A DNA stretch of 64,000 nucleotides from Eledone cirrhosa (GCA_964016885.1 OZ024743.1:68324001-68388000), one strand, 5' to 3'. Numbered from the stretch's first letter, positions 13,515-27,323 are shown. Notes: generated from the letters alone by a model not told the origin. Made by a program: numbers and translations.

Positions 13515-14516
13515 TCTACTTATATATATAACCAGCAATTTCTCTGTCTGTCTGTCCGACAGTGGAAACACGTGCGTAGAGAGAGAGTGAGAGTGAAAGA
13601 AGGAGACAGACTACGAGAGGGGGATAGCGGGAGGGAGAGAGGGAGAGAGAGAGAGTGAATAGACGCTAAAACACGTGCTACAGAAATATTACCTTCCCCT
13701 TCCTTTCACCACTTTGGTACTACCAAGAGAAACACTGTCGCTATAGAAACATCACCTTCCCCTCTCCACTGACTTTGGACACTGAGGCCGAGGGAATCGC
13801 TGGTTTCTATAGAGACACCTTGCACAAGCCAGAAGTAACCAGTTCGAGGCGGTTCTGACTTGACACCATGCGAAGAAGGTTGCCATTGAATTTGTGGTTT
13901 GAAGAATGTTGCCATTGAATTTGTGGTTGTTGCTGCTGATAATAAGGACAATTTGAAGAAGGTTGCTGCTGATGAGGTAATTTATTAATCAGATTGCGCA
14001 GTTCCATAACCTACGTTTGATTTGTTCAATTTTTTCTTCAATTTTTTTTGTTGTTTTTTTTAATTTCTTATTGAAAAAATATAAATAATAAAATAAGGTT
14101 AGAAATGTAAATACAATTAAATACGATTTAATTTCCATTTCCAGCAGCCAATGTCCAGGGTTCAATTTCATGAAAAAATTGGAAATAATTTAAAAAATTG
14201 AAGTTTAACTTTTGAACATTTGTTTTGACAATAAAAAAATATTTCCTTATTCACACTTGATGGTATGATTAAAAATGTCATAGGAATATTTTTTTCTAAC
14301 AGCCAATTATTTATTTTCTCCTTTTTCGTTTTAACATATATTTAGTTCAAAGATTTCACCGTATAGATAACATATATATTTATACATGCATAAAAGTCAC
14401 ACCGAGAGACGTTGAACATGTGGTGCCGAAAACATTTCTCATCCAAATCTCAACAATATCAGTATATACACTAGATTTGCTATCAGAAAACCGCCCACCG
14501 GGTGGTTTTCTGCTAG
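13515..14516 (+). mobile_element. Non-autonomous Helitron A
   Basis: A|TCTACT..ATATAA..(CTGT)n 5' end; 3' hairpin CAGAAAACCGCCC-ACC-GGGTGGTTTTCTG followed by CTAG. Confidence 0.7.
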
Positions 14517-15430
14517 TCTATATATATAAAACTGAGGATGTATGTCTGTGTGTGTATGAGTTCGAATCCCTAAAACTCGAGAACCACCTAACCGACTGTT
14601 TTCAAACTTTACACATGTAATGCTTATGTTTCACGGAGTGTTCTGAGCCAAAAGCATTTCACATTTTCTATGCCCCAGGGAACACATTAGGCGATTTAGC
14701 GATCTCGCTCTATAATTCTTAGTCTTTCTCTTTTTAGATAGATACATACTTATAACGTCGTGCCCTTATAATATCTGTCTGTATGTCTGCTGTCTGCATT
14801 ACGTCTCTTCCTTGAGGATGATTGTGTGTGTGAGTTTGAATCCCTAAAACTCGAGAAGTACCCAACCGATTTTTTTCAAACTTTACATGTATATTACTTA
14901 TGTTTCAGGGAGTGTTATGCACATAAACAAATCTACTTTCTCTTTAATCTCCTAGGGCCCGCATTAGGTGAAAAACTGCGTTGTTTAACATTTTTAGGGG
15001 TTTTTTGAGGCGTTACGTCAGGCTGATTTCCTTGAAATTGTAACTATGTATTAGTCAGTCTCTTCTTCATACCGTAAGCAAAGAAAATCCAACTTTCTTA
15101 TGGCCTAGGGCCCACATTAGGTGAAAAACTTCATTCTTTCAGCTTCTTAGGGCTTTTTGGAGGCGTTACGTCTAGCCGATTTTCCCGAAATTTCAAGGCA
15201 TATTATGAACATAAAAAAATTCATTTTCGTGATACCCTAGGGCCCGCATTAGGTGAAAATCTGCATTTATCCTGCTTCATCGAGGAAAATCTTAAAGATT
15301 ATCCAGCCATCAGAGTATTCGGTTTATTTTCTTTACATGTTGTCCAGGCATGCAGCGTTTAGGTCTATTGGTGGCTCGCGTTCCAAAATACCTTAACCCG
15401 TGCAACGCCGGGGCCGGGTACCACTGCTAG
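14517..15430 (+). mobile_element. Non-autonomous Helitron B1
   Basis: TCTATATATATAAAA 5' end; CCCGTGCAACGCCGGG hairpin and terminal CTAG; internal subrepeats CCTAGGGCCCGCATTAGGTGAAA. Confidence 0.8.
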
Positions 15431-16067
15431 TCTATATATATAAAACAGAGGATGTCTGTGTGTGTGTGTCTGTGAGTTCGAATCCCTAAAAGTCGAGAAG
15501 TACCAAACCGGCTTTTTTCAAACTTTACATGTGTATTACTTATCTTTCACGGAGTGTTCGGTACATAAATTCAATTTTGTTATCCTCTAGGGTCCACACT
15601 AGGTGAAAAACTGCGTTTTTTTCAGCTTTTTAGGGGTTTTTTTTGGGCGTTACTTCAGACCGATTTCCTTGAATTATAACTATGTATTAGTCAGTTTCTT
15701 CTTCATACCGTGAGCAAAGGAAATCTAACTTTTTTATGGCCTAGAGCCCGCATTAGGTGAACAACTTCATTTTTTCATCTTTTTAGGGCTTTTTTTAGGC
15801 GTCACGTCTAGCCGATTTTCCCGAAATTTCAAAGCATATTATGCACATAAAAAAATTATTTTTCTTGATCCCCTAGGGCCCGCATTAGGTGAAACCTGCA
15901 TTTTTCCTGCTTCATCGAGCTAAATCTTAAAGATTATCCAACCATCAGAGTATTCGGTTTATTTTCATTACATATTGTCCGGGCATGTAGTTTTTCCAGG
16001 ATTAGGTCTGTTGACGGCCCGCGTCCCAAAATACCTTATCCCGAGCAACGCCGGGTACCACTGCTAG
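15431..16067 (+). mobile_element. Non-autonomous Helitron B2 (homologous to B1)
   Basis: TCTATATATATAAAA 5' end; CCCGAGCAACGCCGGG hairpin; CTAG|T terminus. Confidence 0.8.
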
Positions 16068-16078
16068 TATAATATATA

Positions 16079-16485
16079 GTTGTTTCTACTTTGGGCACAA
16101 GGCCAGCAATTATCCCAGTGCATTACTGTTACTTTATTTTATCGACCCCGTAAGGATGAAAGGCAAAGTTAACATCGGCGGGATTTGAAGTTAGACCTTA
16201 AAGGGTCGTAACTCTATGCTCCAAAGCATAGCGTCCGACCCCCAAACCGATACTGCCAATTGACGCGTTATTAAACTATTTAGATATGATGCTTTCTACT
16301 ATAGGCACACTGCTAGAAATGTTGGTAGAGGGGGAAAGTCGATTAAATTGACTCCAGTACATTTCTGGTACTTTAATTTAACGACACCGTAAGGATGAAC
16401 GGCAACATTACCCTCGGCAGAATTTGAACTCTATGCCGCTAAGCCTGTTCTCCGACGCTCTAGCTATTCTGCCAATCTACCGATT
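16079..16485 (-). mobile_element. Two adjacent Nin-type SINE fragments
   Basis: Homologous to 1172-1312. Confidence 0.75.
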
Positions 16486-17499
16486 TTGATATAATGTTTG
16501 AAATAAATGTTACAGATTAATGAAACTTTGAGATAGCGTGCGGGTCTCTCTCTCCTCACTTATCCTTTACTATAGGGCTTTCACCTCTTATATATCTTTA
16601 TTTCTATATTTCTCTTGTTTTATGTGTATGCAGCAACGCCGAATGGCTGAGATGTTCGCTTTCCAATAAGGTGATGTTTGATTCCTGATCGACCCATATC
16701 TCATCAGAAAATTTAGATTATCTACATACGTTTGTAAGCCTATCAGATATACTGTAACATATAATTTGATGAGTTGTAGTGCACCTGAGCACTGTACACA
16801 ATAATTTCATTATTATTATTTTTAAACACTGTCACACTAAATTTTCAAGTTATTTATGAGGTTAAGAGTAAAACCTTCTTTCGAATGCTCAGTCACTTGC
16901 ACGTTGATTTTATGAAGAGGCTGTTCAGTTGATCAGACAGCTGGAATAGACATCGTCGAAACTGACTGCTGTCCCTTCCATGTATTACTTATTTCCACAT
17001 CTCCCTCACCTTCTAAAATCCTTGTCCATCGTTAACTATGTTAAGTGTTAATTTTGAATATCTGATGCATGATAAATGCTCAGCAATTATATTGGCTTTA
17101 GGCCTACCTGTCCATTCTAGTCATGTACATACTGGGGCAATTGTGGACCTTCAATTAAGAACATCAAATGTGAAATAGACACCGCAAATCATCTCCTCTA
17201 ATTCTTTTAAAGATTCCGCTAATTAGATAACATTGACTGCTCACTTTATTTATCGACCACGAAAGATAGGAAGGAAATTTAACTTTTAATGATTTTACAT
17301 TATAAGAGATTAAATATTAAAATTTCCGTATTGTTACCAGCTTGTGAACGGATTTCTAAAGAAATATAATTTATTTCAATTAATTAATACAGAGTTTGAT
17401 GGATGCTCTGAATTTACTATTAATTTCGATAAACAGTAAATAAAAGAAATAAGAAAGAAATCATTATTAAGTAATTTCATATATAATTCTTCTATGTAA

Positions 17500-17812
17500 T
17501 AATTGTTTCTACTTTTGGCACAAGGCCAGCAAATACCCCGTGCATTACTGGTACTTTATTTTATCGACCCCGTAAGGATGAAAGGCAAAGTTAACCTTGG
17601 TGGGATTTGAATTCAGACCATAAAGGGTCGTAACTCTATGCTGCAAAGCATGGCGTCCGACCTTCTACTGATACTTCCAATCCCCCGCCCTACTATGAAA
17701 TAATTGTTTCTACTTTAGGCACAAGGCCAACAATTAGCCAGTGCATTACTGGTACTTTATTTTATCGACTCCGTAAGGATGAAAGGCAAAGTAAACCTCG
17801 GCGGTATTGAAA
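17500..17812 (-). mobile_element. Two tandem Nin-type SINE fragments
   Basis: Homologous to 1172-1312. Confidence 0.75.
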
Positions 17813-18029
17813 TAATGTTGGGAGCTTTTGATTTAATTGGGAGCCATTATAAGTGAGCGGTTTTGTTTCATAGAACTAGAGCCGGGATTTAGCTGGCTTG
17901 TTATCAAACGGGATTTGCTTGATTTGAGGAAATATATGAGTCTAAAATGTATGCAAGACTGTAGAAACATGAAATTTATAAAGAAACCATCAGTCGTTAA
18001 AAAATCTGGTGACGCGAGTATTGGATTAA

Positions 18030-18260
18030 AAACTATATGAAATCTTAACATTAATTTTTGGGCACGAGCCCAATGATGATGTACTAAACGTGTGGGAAAC
18101 AGAGATAATTTTATTAGACGCCATCAAAGACAGAACTAAAATATGTTAGAACAACTAATTAGAGAAAATGGTTTAGAGAAACTATTAATAGATTGCGAGA
18201 TGAATGGAAAGAGAGGATGTGAATAATCATGAAATGTGTTGATGAATATTGTATCAAGAT
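18030..18260 (+). pseudogene. Degraded RTE-type LINE 3' coding remnant
   Basis: NDDVLKRVG-like and LEKLLIDCEMNGKRG-like fragments. Confidence 0.4.
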
Positions 18261-18555
18261 TTAGACACATTTAAAATATAGCTACTGTATAAAGTCTGTA
18301 GTTGAAATACCGTGAAGGGGTTCCTTATTGTTAATCAGGCTGGGAGTAGAGAATACATAATAACAATGTTGTTATTATATATTCCACTATACACACATAT
18401 ACAACTAGAAACACACTCACACACACATGTGTACATATGTGAAACTCCAGAGTAAGAAGACTCACACTTTAGCCTTAATATCATTAAATCTCTCTCTCTC
18501 GCTCTCTCTCACTCACTCTCTCTCTCTCTCACTCATCTCTCTCTCTCTCTCTCAC

Positions 18556-18654
<99 letters not shown>

Positions 18655-19335
18655 CACCAGTGTGTGTGAGAGAGACAGCTTTTCTCTCTTGCTTTACCTT
18701 ACCACAAGTGTAAGGAAGAAATGTTTCAAATGAATACTAAACAACAAAGGATGTGTAACTGTCAACCATACATATATATAATAATATGAGGGGGTTGTTT
18801 TAAAAGAGAAATATATGAGATGTCCTACACGAGTGTAAGACACCAGTCGCATTTTCGATTTCATCTTTTATATATATATATGCGTGTGTGTGTGTGTGTA
18901 TGTGTGTGTGTGCCTATCATACAATAAATCATTGATGCAATTCCATTAAAGAATTCAGCGTACTGTATCCGCATAGGAATGACTGAGTATTTATAGAATA
19001 ATGAAATACAAGGTAGTTTAGATGTTAGAAAAAAAATATATACATAGTCTTAATGTATAAGCGAACAAAGAATCAATGTTGCATCATATACATATTTAAT
19101 TAGATATTACATATGTTTCACTATTACATATGTTTTAGCTCGAGGGACGATCAACTAATGATCGAACCGAAGGCTGGAATCGGAAGCCCTTTCAGATAAC
19201 GATCTATTAATGATCGAACCGAACTCTGGAATCGAAAGCCCCTCAGATATGTTTTAACATGTCGCGTCTGAGAGTCGGTGAATATTATGCCGGTTCCTTC
19301 TTATATGCTAGCACAAATTCTGTCACCTTAACTTC

Positions 19336-19390
<55 letters not shown>

Positions 19391-19395
<5 letters not shown>

Positions 19396-19819
19396 TGTAT
19401 ATATAGTGTATGTTGCAATACACTGTATGCTTAATTAAAAGCATTTTGAAGACCATACGCTATTGTTTTAAAGTAGCGACATTGTCGCTTACTTAAATTT
19501 TCGGCAGAGAGGGGGAGATAAGTTGACAGCTCTGTTTCGTACTTTTTGGTACTTATCAAAACTCACTACTCTCCCTGTCTGCCGAAAACTATGTGTGTTG
19601 GATTCTTATAGAATTCCAGTAACAATCAGGAACTGATTTTACAGAGCAGTCGCCGGCCCACCAGATATTGAAAATTAGAATTAGTGCTCTGAAATAGCGA
19701 TATATATATATGAAAGTATATATAGTGTATTTTGCAATACTCTGTATGCTTAATTAAAACCATTTTGAAGACCATACGCTATTATTTCACAGTAGCGACA
19801 TTGTCGATTACTTAAATTT
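19391..19819 (-). mobile_element. Partial-tandem HHR element: about 110-bp direct repeats with 319-bp period, flanked by (TA)n
   Basis: 19391-19500 matches 19710-19819. Confidence 0.75.
19521..19563 (-). ncRNA. Type I hammerhead ribozyme, U3-A8 variant, extended stem I
   Basis: AGUU-UUGAUAA-GUAC(CAAAAA)GUAC-GAA-ACAG(AG)CUGU-C^AACU. Stem I extends to UUUUCGGCAGA/UCUGCCGAAAA (about 19498-19588). Confidence 0.8.
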
Positions 19820-19921
19820 ATATATATATATTTAGTTATGTAATAACTTTTTTTTTTTTTTTCACCTTGAACCTTTTTATTTTTTTGTTTTCCTGGACAT
19901 TTCCGACGGAATTACTTCATT

Positions 19922-20015
<94 letters not shown>

Positions 20016-20851
20016 TAAGAGGCATATGAAATCATATACAGTAAGATTATGTAAAGTATCATAATTAAATAGGAAACTCTCTATGGGTGTTTCAAACCAA
20101 TCAGCCCCTAATAGACCTATTAATGACTGTATAAAATCGGGAAGATAATATACCGTGCTGGGCTTCCCTACTGTTTAATCGGCTGGGAACAGAAGAACAT
20201 AATGACAATGTGATTATTATAAATTCTACTATACACTCATACATACATGAACATACAGAAACGCACAATTCTTTTTTAAGCTGTAAATTATAATCAATGT
20301 GGTGTGTTAATTGGCTTACAGTGGCTATGCAGTGGGTTTATTTGCCCTAGATGTCGGGAAGACACTCGGCTTATAACTGAAGGAAAAGGAAATACAAGGC
20401 AGGCGAATTTGGGGGAAGAAATTTCGATTAAATCGACTGCAATGTATTACCGGTAGTTTATTTTATCGACACCGATACTTAAAACAACAGACAAAATTAA
20501 CTGTCGCAAATTATGTTGGTCGACGATTTAACTATTCCTCGAATGCATTGCTCACAATAATATTGATTTCTGCTATAGGCAGAAGGCCTCCAATTTTGGG
20601 GGAGGGTGAAGTCGATTAAATTGACTCCAGTGCGTAACTGGTACTTTATTTTATGAATACCGTAACGGCGGAAGGCAAATTTAACCTAGGCGGCATTTGA
20701 ACTCAGACCGTGAAGGGACGTAACTTTATGCTGGAAAGCATGGCGTCTGACTACGTTAAATCATGACAAAATTGAACTTTAGATTCTCCCACTTACATTT
20801 CTCTATCTATCTCTCTCTCTATCTATCTATCTCTATCTCTCTTTCTCTCAC

Positions 20852-21045
<194 letters not shown>

Positions 21046-21500
21046 ACTGTTTACTGTGTTTTCTTTATTTTTTTATTTTCACTCTCACTATTTCTTTTTT
21101 TTAACTTCAAGACACTGACGGAATGTTATATCTACGATATACAGAGAATATTATAATATACAATTATAAGATACGATATAATACACATTTTCTTCACCAC
21201 GACAGTTTGGAAGCATAATACTTTGTTCCAATCTAAAATATCATATATTCCCCATCATACCATTTTTAGTAACTTTCCAGTCTTTCCGTCTAGCAAAGCT
21301 TTATCTCAGTTGAGAATCAACAGCAACAATTTCTGAATATAATAACTGAATTCCATTGGACAAAGCAAGGAAACAATTCTTTCTCTAAGTGAACTAGATT
21401 AATGTCAATGGATAAAATCTCTTTCTAGTTTTATTGATTTGTTACAAAGGCACCAGCAGATCTCACGTATGTACTCGTCGTTTATATAAAGGGAGGATCA

Positions 21501-23460
21501 TTGAAAATGGTGGTGATGGGAGTGTTGGTGGTGGTCATGCTGATGGTGGTGGTGGTGGTGGTGGTAGTCGTCGTCGTAGTGTTGTTGGTGGTGGTCGTGG
21601 TAGTGATGGTGGTCGTCATGCTGATGGCGGTGGTGGTGGTGGTGGTGGTAGTCGTCGTCGTAGTGTTGTTGGTGGTGGTCGTGGTAGTGATGGTGGTCGT
21701 CATGCTGATGGCGGTGGTGGTGGTAGTCGTCGTCGTAAGTGTTGTTGGTGGTGATGGGAGTGTTGGTGGTGGTCATGCTGATGGTGGTGGTGGTGGTGGT
21801 GGTAGTCGTCGTGGTAGTGTTGTTGGTGGTGGTCGTGGTAGTGATGGTGGTCGTCATGCTGATGGCGGTGGTGGTGGTGGTGGTGGTAGTCGTCGTCGTA
21901 GTGTTGTTGGTGGTGGTCGTGGTAGTGATGGTGGTCGTCATGCTGATGGCGGTGGTGGTGGTAGTCGTCGTCGTAAGTGTTGTTGGTGGTGATGGGAGTG
22001 TTGGTGGTGGTCATGCTGATGGTGGTGGTGGTGGTGGTGGTAGTCGTCGTCGTAGTGTTGTTGGTGGTGGTCGTGGTAGTGATGGTGGTCGTCATGCTGA
22101 TGGCGGTGGTGGTGGTAGTCGTCGTCGTAGTGTTGTTGGTGGTGGTCGTGGTAGTGATGGTGGTCGTCATGCTGATGGCGGTGGTGGTGGTAGTCGTCGT
22201 CGTAGTGTTGTTGGTGGTGGTCGTGGTAGTGATGGTGGTCGTCATGCTGATGGCGGTGGTGGTGGTAGTCGTCGTCGTAAGTGTTGTTGGTGGTGATGGG
22301 AGTGTTGGTGGTGGTCATGCTGATGGTGGTGGTGGTGGTGGTGGTAGTCGTCGTGGTAGTGTTGTTGGTGGTGGTCCTGGTAGTGTTGGTGGTCGTCATG
22401 CTGATGGCGGCGGTGGTGGTGGTGGTGGTAGTCGTCGTCGTAGTGTTGTTGGTGGTGGTCGTGGTTGTGTTGGTGGTCGTCATGCTGATGGCGGCGGTGG
22501 TGGTGGTGGTGGTGGTGGTCGTCGTGGTAGTGTTGTTGGTGGTGGTCCTGGTAGTGTTGGTGGTCGTCATGCTGATGGCGGCGGTGGTGGTGGTGGTGGT
22601 AGTCGTCGTCGTAGTGTTGTTGGTGGTGGTCGTGGTTGTGTTGGTGGTCGTCATGCTGATGGCGGTGGTGGTGGTAGTCGTCGTCGTAAGTGTTGTTGGT
22701 GGTGATGGGAGTGTTGGTGGTGGTCATGCTGATGGTGGTGGTGGTGGTGGTGGTAGTCGTCGTCGTAGTGTTGTTGGTGGTGGTCCTGGTAGTGTTGGTG
22801 GTCGTCATGCTGATGGCGGCGGTGGTGGTGGTGGTGGTAGTCGTCGTCGTAGTGTTGTTGGTGGTGGTCGTGGTTGTGTTGGTGGTCGTCATGCTGATGG
22901 CGGCGGTGGTGGTGGTGGTGGTCGTCGTGGTAGTGTTGTTGGTGGTGGTCGTGGTTGTGTTGGTGGTCGTCATGCTGATGGCGGCGGTGGTGGTGGTGGT
23001 GGTGGTAGTCGTCGTCGTAGTGTTGTTGGTGGTGGTCGTGGTTGTGTTGGTGGTCGTCATGCTGATGGCGGTGGTGGTGGTAGTCGTCGTCGTAAGTGTT
23101 GTTGGTGGTGATGGGAGTGTTGGTGGTGGTCATGCTGATGGTGGTGGTGGTGGTGGTGGTAGTCGTCGTCGTAGTGTTGTTGGTGGTGGTCGTGGTAGTG
23201 ATGGTGGTGGTCATGCTGATGGTGGTGGTGGTGGTAGTCGTCGTCGTAGTGTTGTTGGTGGTGGTCGTGGTAGTGATGGTGGTCGTCATGCTGATGGCGG
23301 TGGTGGTGGTAGTCGTCGTCGTAGTGTTGTTGGTGGTGGTCCTGGTAGTGTTGGTGGTCGTCATGCTGATGGCGGCGGTGGTGGTGGTGGTGGTGGTAGT
23401 CGTCGTCGTAGTGTTGTTGGTGGTGGTCGTGGTTGTGTTGGTGGTCGTCATGCTGATGGC
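21501..23460. repeat. GGT-rich minisatellite, about 70-85-bp monomers in higher-order blocks
   Basis: Monomer GTAGTCGTCGTCGTAGTGTTGTTGGTGGTGGTCGTGGTAGTGATGGTGGTCGTCATGCTGATGGC(GGT)n; blocks of 238, 238, 304, 409 and 406 bp. Confidence 0.9.
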
Positions 23461-23482
23461 GGTGGGGCCGTCGTCGTCGTAG

Positions 23483-23513
<31 letters not shown>

Positions 23514-24318
23514 GGGAGTGGTGGTGTTGGTGGTGGTGGTCGTCGTCGTCGTACTGTCGGTAGTGGTGCTGCTGATGGTGGTAGTGGTGGTAGACGTCGT
23601 AGTGTTGGTGGCGGCGGTGGTGGTCGTCGTAGTGTTGGTGGTGGTAGTGGTGGTCGTCATAGTAGTGTTGGTGGTGGTGGTGATGGTGCAGGTGGTGGTG
23701 GTGGTATTGTTGTTGGTGGTGGTGGTGGTGTAGATGGTAGTGGTGGTGGTGGTAGTGGTGTAGATGGTAGTGGTCGTGGTGGTCGTCGTCGTCGTAGTGT
23801 TGGTGGCGGCGGTGGTGGTCGTCGTAGTGTTGGTGGAGGTGATGTTGGTGGTCGTCGTCGTAGTGGTGGTAATGGTGGTGGTGGTAGTAATAGTGGTTTT
23901 CGTGGTGGTGTTGGTGGTGGTGGTAGTGATGATGGTGGTGGGCGTGCTGATGGTGATGGTGGTGGTGGTGTTGGTAGTAGTGGTGGTGGTGTTGTAGATG
24001 GTAGTAGTGGTGGTGGTGGTGGTGGTAACAGTTTTGGTGGTCGCGGTGTTGGTTGTGGTGGTAGTGGTGGTGGTAGTGATGGTGGTGGTGGTAGTGTTGG
24101 TGTTATTTTTGTCGTTGTTGTGATAGTGGTGGTGGTAGTAATGGTGGTTGTCGTGGTTGTGGTAGTGCTGGTGGTGATGGTAGTGTTGGTTGTTGTTGTT
24201 GTGTGGTGGTGGTGACGGTGGTGGTGGTGATGGTGGTGGCAGTGGTAGAGTGATGGTGGTGATAGTGTTGGTTGTTGTTGTTGTGGTGGTGGTGGTGATG
24301 AGAGTGGTGGTGGTGGAC
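23461..24318. repeat. Degenerate (GGT/GTA/GTT)n trinucleotide tract
   Basis: Seen directly in the sequence. Confidence 0.9.
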
Positions 24319-24643
24319 ATCTCTACATTTCAACCTTCATAGTTTGATATAATATAGTACCAGTAAAATAATGGTGCTGCTTTAATCAACGTTGCCCTAC
24401 ACATAGATTTGTTGAATTTGTGTTTAAATTAGAAACCAATGTTACACCAGGATAATATTGACATAGTTGGAGTGCATACGTCTCCCTTGCCGTCCTCCGG
24501 AGAAAGGTCATCTCCATCCTGTCAGCCTGGGCTGTGTGTGTGTGATGGGGGTGGGGGTGGCATCGCGTACATTCCGTATTTAAGTAATTAAAAGTAAATA
24601 TGTAAAGAAAAAATTAAACAATTATTTTGACAATTCATTATAT

Positions 24644-24822
24644 TGGCAGTATCGGTAGAGGATCGGACGCCATGCTTTCCAGCATAGTTACGTCCCTTTA
24701 CGTTCTGAGTTCAAATCCAACCGAGGTTGACTTTGCCTTTCATCCTTACGGGGTCGATAAAATAAAGTACCAGTAATGCACTGGTTAATTGCTGGCCTTG
24801 TGCTAAAAAGTAGAAACAATTA
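24644..24822 (+). mobile_element. Nin-type SINE
   Basis: TGGCAGTATCGG (A-box-like), GAGTTCAAATCC (B box), TTGCCTTTCATCCTTACGGGGTCGATAAA. Confidence 0.8.
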
Positions 24823-25114
24823 TATAGTTGTAAGTTTAAGTATATATTTTTCACGCCTATCTATTTTTATATGATTTATCTATTCTAAAATAAAGTACCA
24901 GTAATACACTGGGTAATTGCTGGCATTGTGCCTAACGTAGAAACAATTATATGATTGAGTGGAAGAAACAATGAATTATCGTATGAAACTGCACATAAGT
25001 GCATGTATATGTTTGTAAATATATGTTGGTAGCTATAACTCTATGTGTGTGTATTTATGTGTGTATGTATGCATGCTTGTTTGTATGTATGTTTCTATGT
25101 TTGTTGTCTGCATC

Positions 25115-25157
<43 letters not shown>

Positions 25158-25260
25158 GAGGGGGGGGGGCTTATTGTAAGTATGCACGTATGCACTTCTA
25201 TATGTATGTACAATACCCGTTTGGGGTGTCTCTACCTTGCACTAACGATCGTGATGTTTG

Positions 25261-26032
25261 CACACCCCTGAGCTTGACATCTTTAATTAATACCAGATTG
25301 ATACAATATTGATACACGATTCAGCTTGTCTCTGTGGAATATCAATAAGTTGTAATGTGGCTGAGATCGAGTGCAACACGTTTAAGACGACACAGGTATA
25401 AAGAAGATTTATAAATAATTTACATGGATTTTATTTTTATTTTCGTGAATTGCTTCAGAGATGAACAGATTTAGTTTTATGGAAGCATGCATTCAGCGTA
25501 CGGTAGACGTAATGTTCTCTCAGAGTTGGAATTTCGTTACTGCAGAAGTGTTGAGCAACTTCCTATGAAGAGGACATGGTGTACCCTCAGATAGATGTAA
25601 AGTGGCTTCCGAGTAACTGAAGTAATTTTTGCCATAAGTTTCTTAGCAACCACATATAAGGTTAGCACTTCCTACACGAGACACGGAAAGGTTTTGGGAG
25701 AATTAAACTAAAACTACTTTTAATTTATTCTTGTTTTGGCGCAATATACGGGCGTCCACGTTGCGTCCGCAATACAAACCTAAAATAGAAAATGTCTGGT
25801 TGGAATATTTATGTTTCATGCTGTAATGTGTGGACACTGTTGGATAAGAAGAGTGAATATACAGTTGAAGTCAATACAGTTGAAGTCCTTCTGTAGTTTT
25901 GCTGTGGATTCTGTACTAGCAGAGGAATAAAAGATATGTGTATAGTAGGGATCTTGACCAGAATTTGGATAATCTAGAGGAAAACTTCGATGATATTTTG
26001 AATATGGAATCCTAATAAACATTGATCTGCAC

Positions 26033-26035
<3 letters not shown>
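25261..26035 (+). repeat. Repeat with an inverted copy at 31905-32992 and a partial direct copy at 31240-31552; possibly a hAT transposase C-terminal remnant
   Basis: The homology is clear. The hAT assignment rests only on weak motifs ([26 protein letters not shown]). Confidence 0.6.
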
Positions 26036-26070
<35 letters not shown>

Positions 26071-26077
<7 letters not shown>

Positions 26078-27000
26078 ATACTTAGGGAGGGTCATGTTGC
26101 CAATAAGAAACACACGCACCAGGTGCTTCACTTCAATTTATTATATATTTATAAATTTATAAATCTACAAACTTATAAATTTCTGGTTGGTTGGTTGGTT
26201 GGTTCCACAACCAGATAATTGTTTATATATAGTCATATTCCTTTCGTCACACACTTTGTGACCTCTTCAGTGACTGGGGATTCCTTTCTTTGTTTCTGTG
26301 CCTTTCCTTTCTTCTGTCCTATGCCATTTTGTTTCTGTGTGTGTGTTGTGTGCTCAGTTTGCGCATGCGCCACATCCGGGTGTCTGTGTGTGTTTGTGTT
26401 CATTTCTCTATTTGTTTATTTATTTATTTATTTATTGTTGGTTGGTTGTTTGTTCTATGTGTGTGTGTGTTTTCATTTTGTACTTAATTGTAAGTTGTGA
26501 TGTTGCTGTTCCACTCATATTTTCTATTTAATTTTGGTTGTAATTCTTTTATGCTTACTGCCTCTGTAATTTGCCTAAACATTGCATCTTTTCTGTGTGT
26601 GGATTCTATTTTTATTTCTATGTTCTCTAATTTACCCCTGTGCTCTATCTTAGCATGTTGGTAGAGCACAGATGATTCTTTATTATTTTGAAGGTCTCGC
26701 CAGTGTTCATTCATTCGTTCCCCTATACTACGAGCTGTCTCACCTATGTACACTATATTTTTGTTTCTACATTGTCCTTCAGTACATCTTATGCTATACA
26801 CTACATTTCTAGTTTTACAGTTAATATGGGGGCTTATTTTACAGGTTATACATTTCTTATCTATACATGAGGGTCTTTGGAACGGGTATGTCTTGCTAAT
26901 AAGTGTTTCTTATTGGCAACATGACCCTCCCAAAGTATAACAATATCGGTTTCAACACACGATTTCAGATAAAGAATCTTGCTAAACAAATTCAGAAACG

Positions 27001-27003
<3 letters not shown>
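26071..27003 (-). mobile_element. PLE family A fold-back with GIY-YIG fragment (26484-26880) and minimal HHR (26231-26275)
   Basis: YSIRC...VYIGETARSIGERMNEH...RQITEAV...LNRKYEW. Inverted ends 26071-26112 and 26903-26945, plus a tail to 27003. Confidence 0.85.
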
Positions 27004-27042
<39 letters not shown>

Positions 27043-27043
27043 T

Positions 27044-27116
<73 letters not shown>

Positions 27117-27323
27117 TACTTATAGATATGTATGTGTGGTGTGCATGTGTGTGTGTGTGCGTGTGTGCCTGTGAGTCTGTATGTGCATTAACTTTGAAAT
27201 TAAAATTTCGAAATAAAGTCGCCACAAAGCATATGGTACTAATTAAATTTAGCCGATTCGTTCAAGTATAATATATAATTAACAACATTTATGATAAGTA
27301 TCTGCATATATATATATATATTT

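Noticed and set aside
19105-19250. HHR-like motif around a 53-bp direct repeat
   Set aside because: The core is degenerate (CUGAGGG; AAAAC) and stem II is ambiguous.
21434-24333. Long poly-Thr/His/Val/Gly ORFs resembling mucin or Gly-rich proteins
   Set aside because: They are open on both strands because of the trinucleotide composition, and the frame shifts at every higher-order block.
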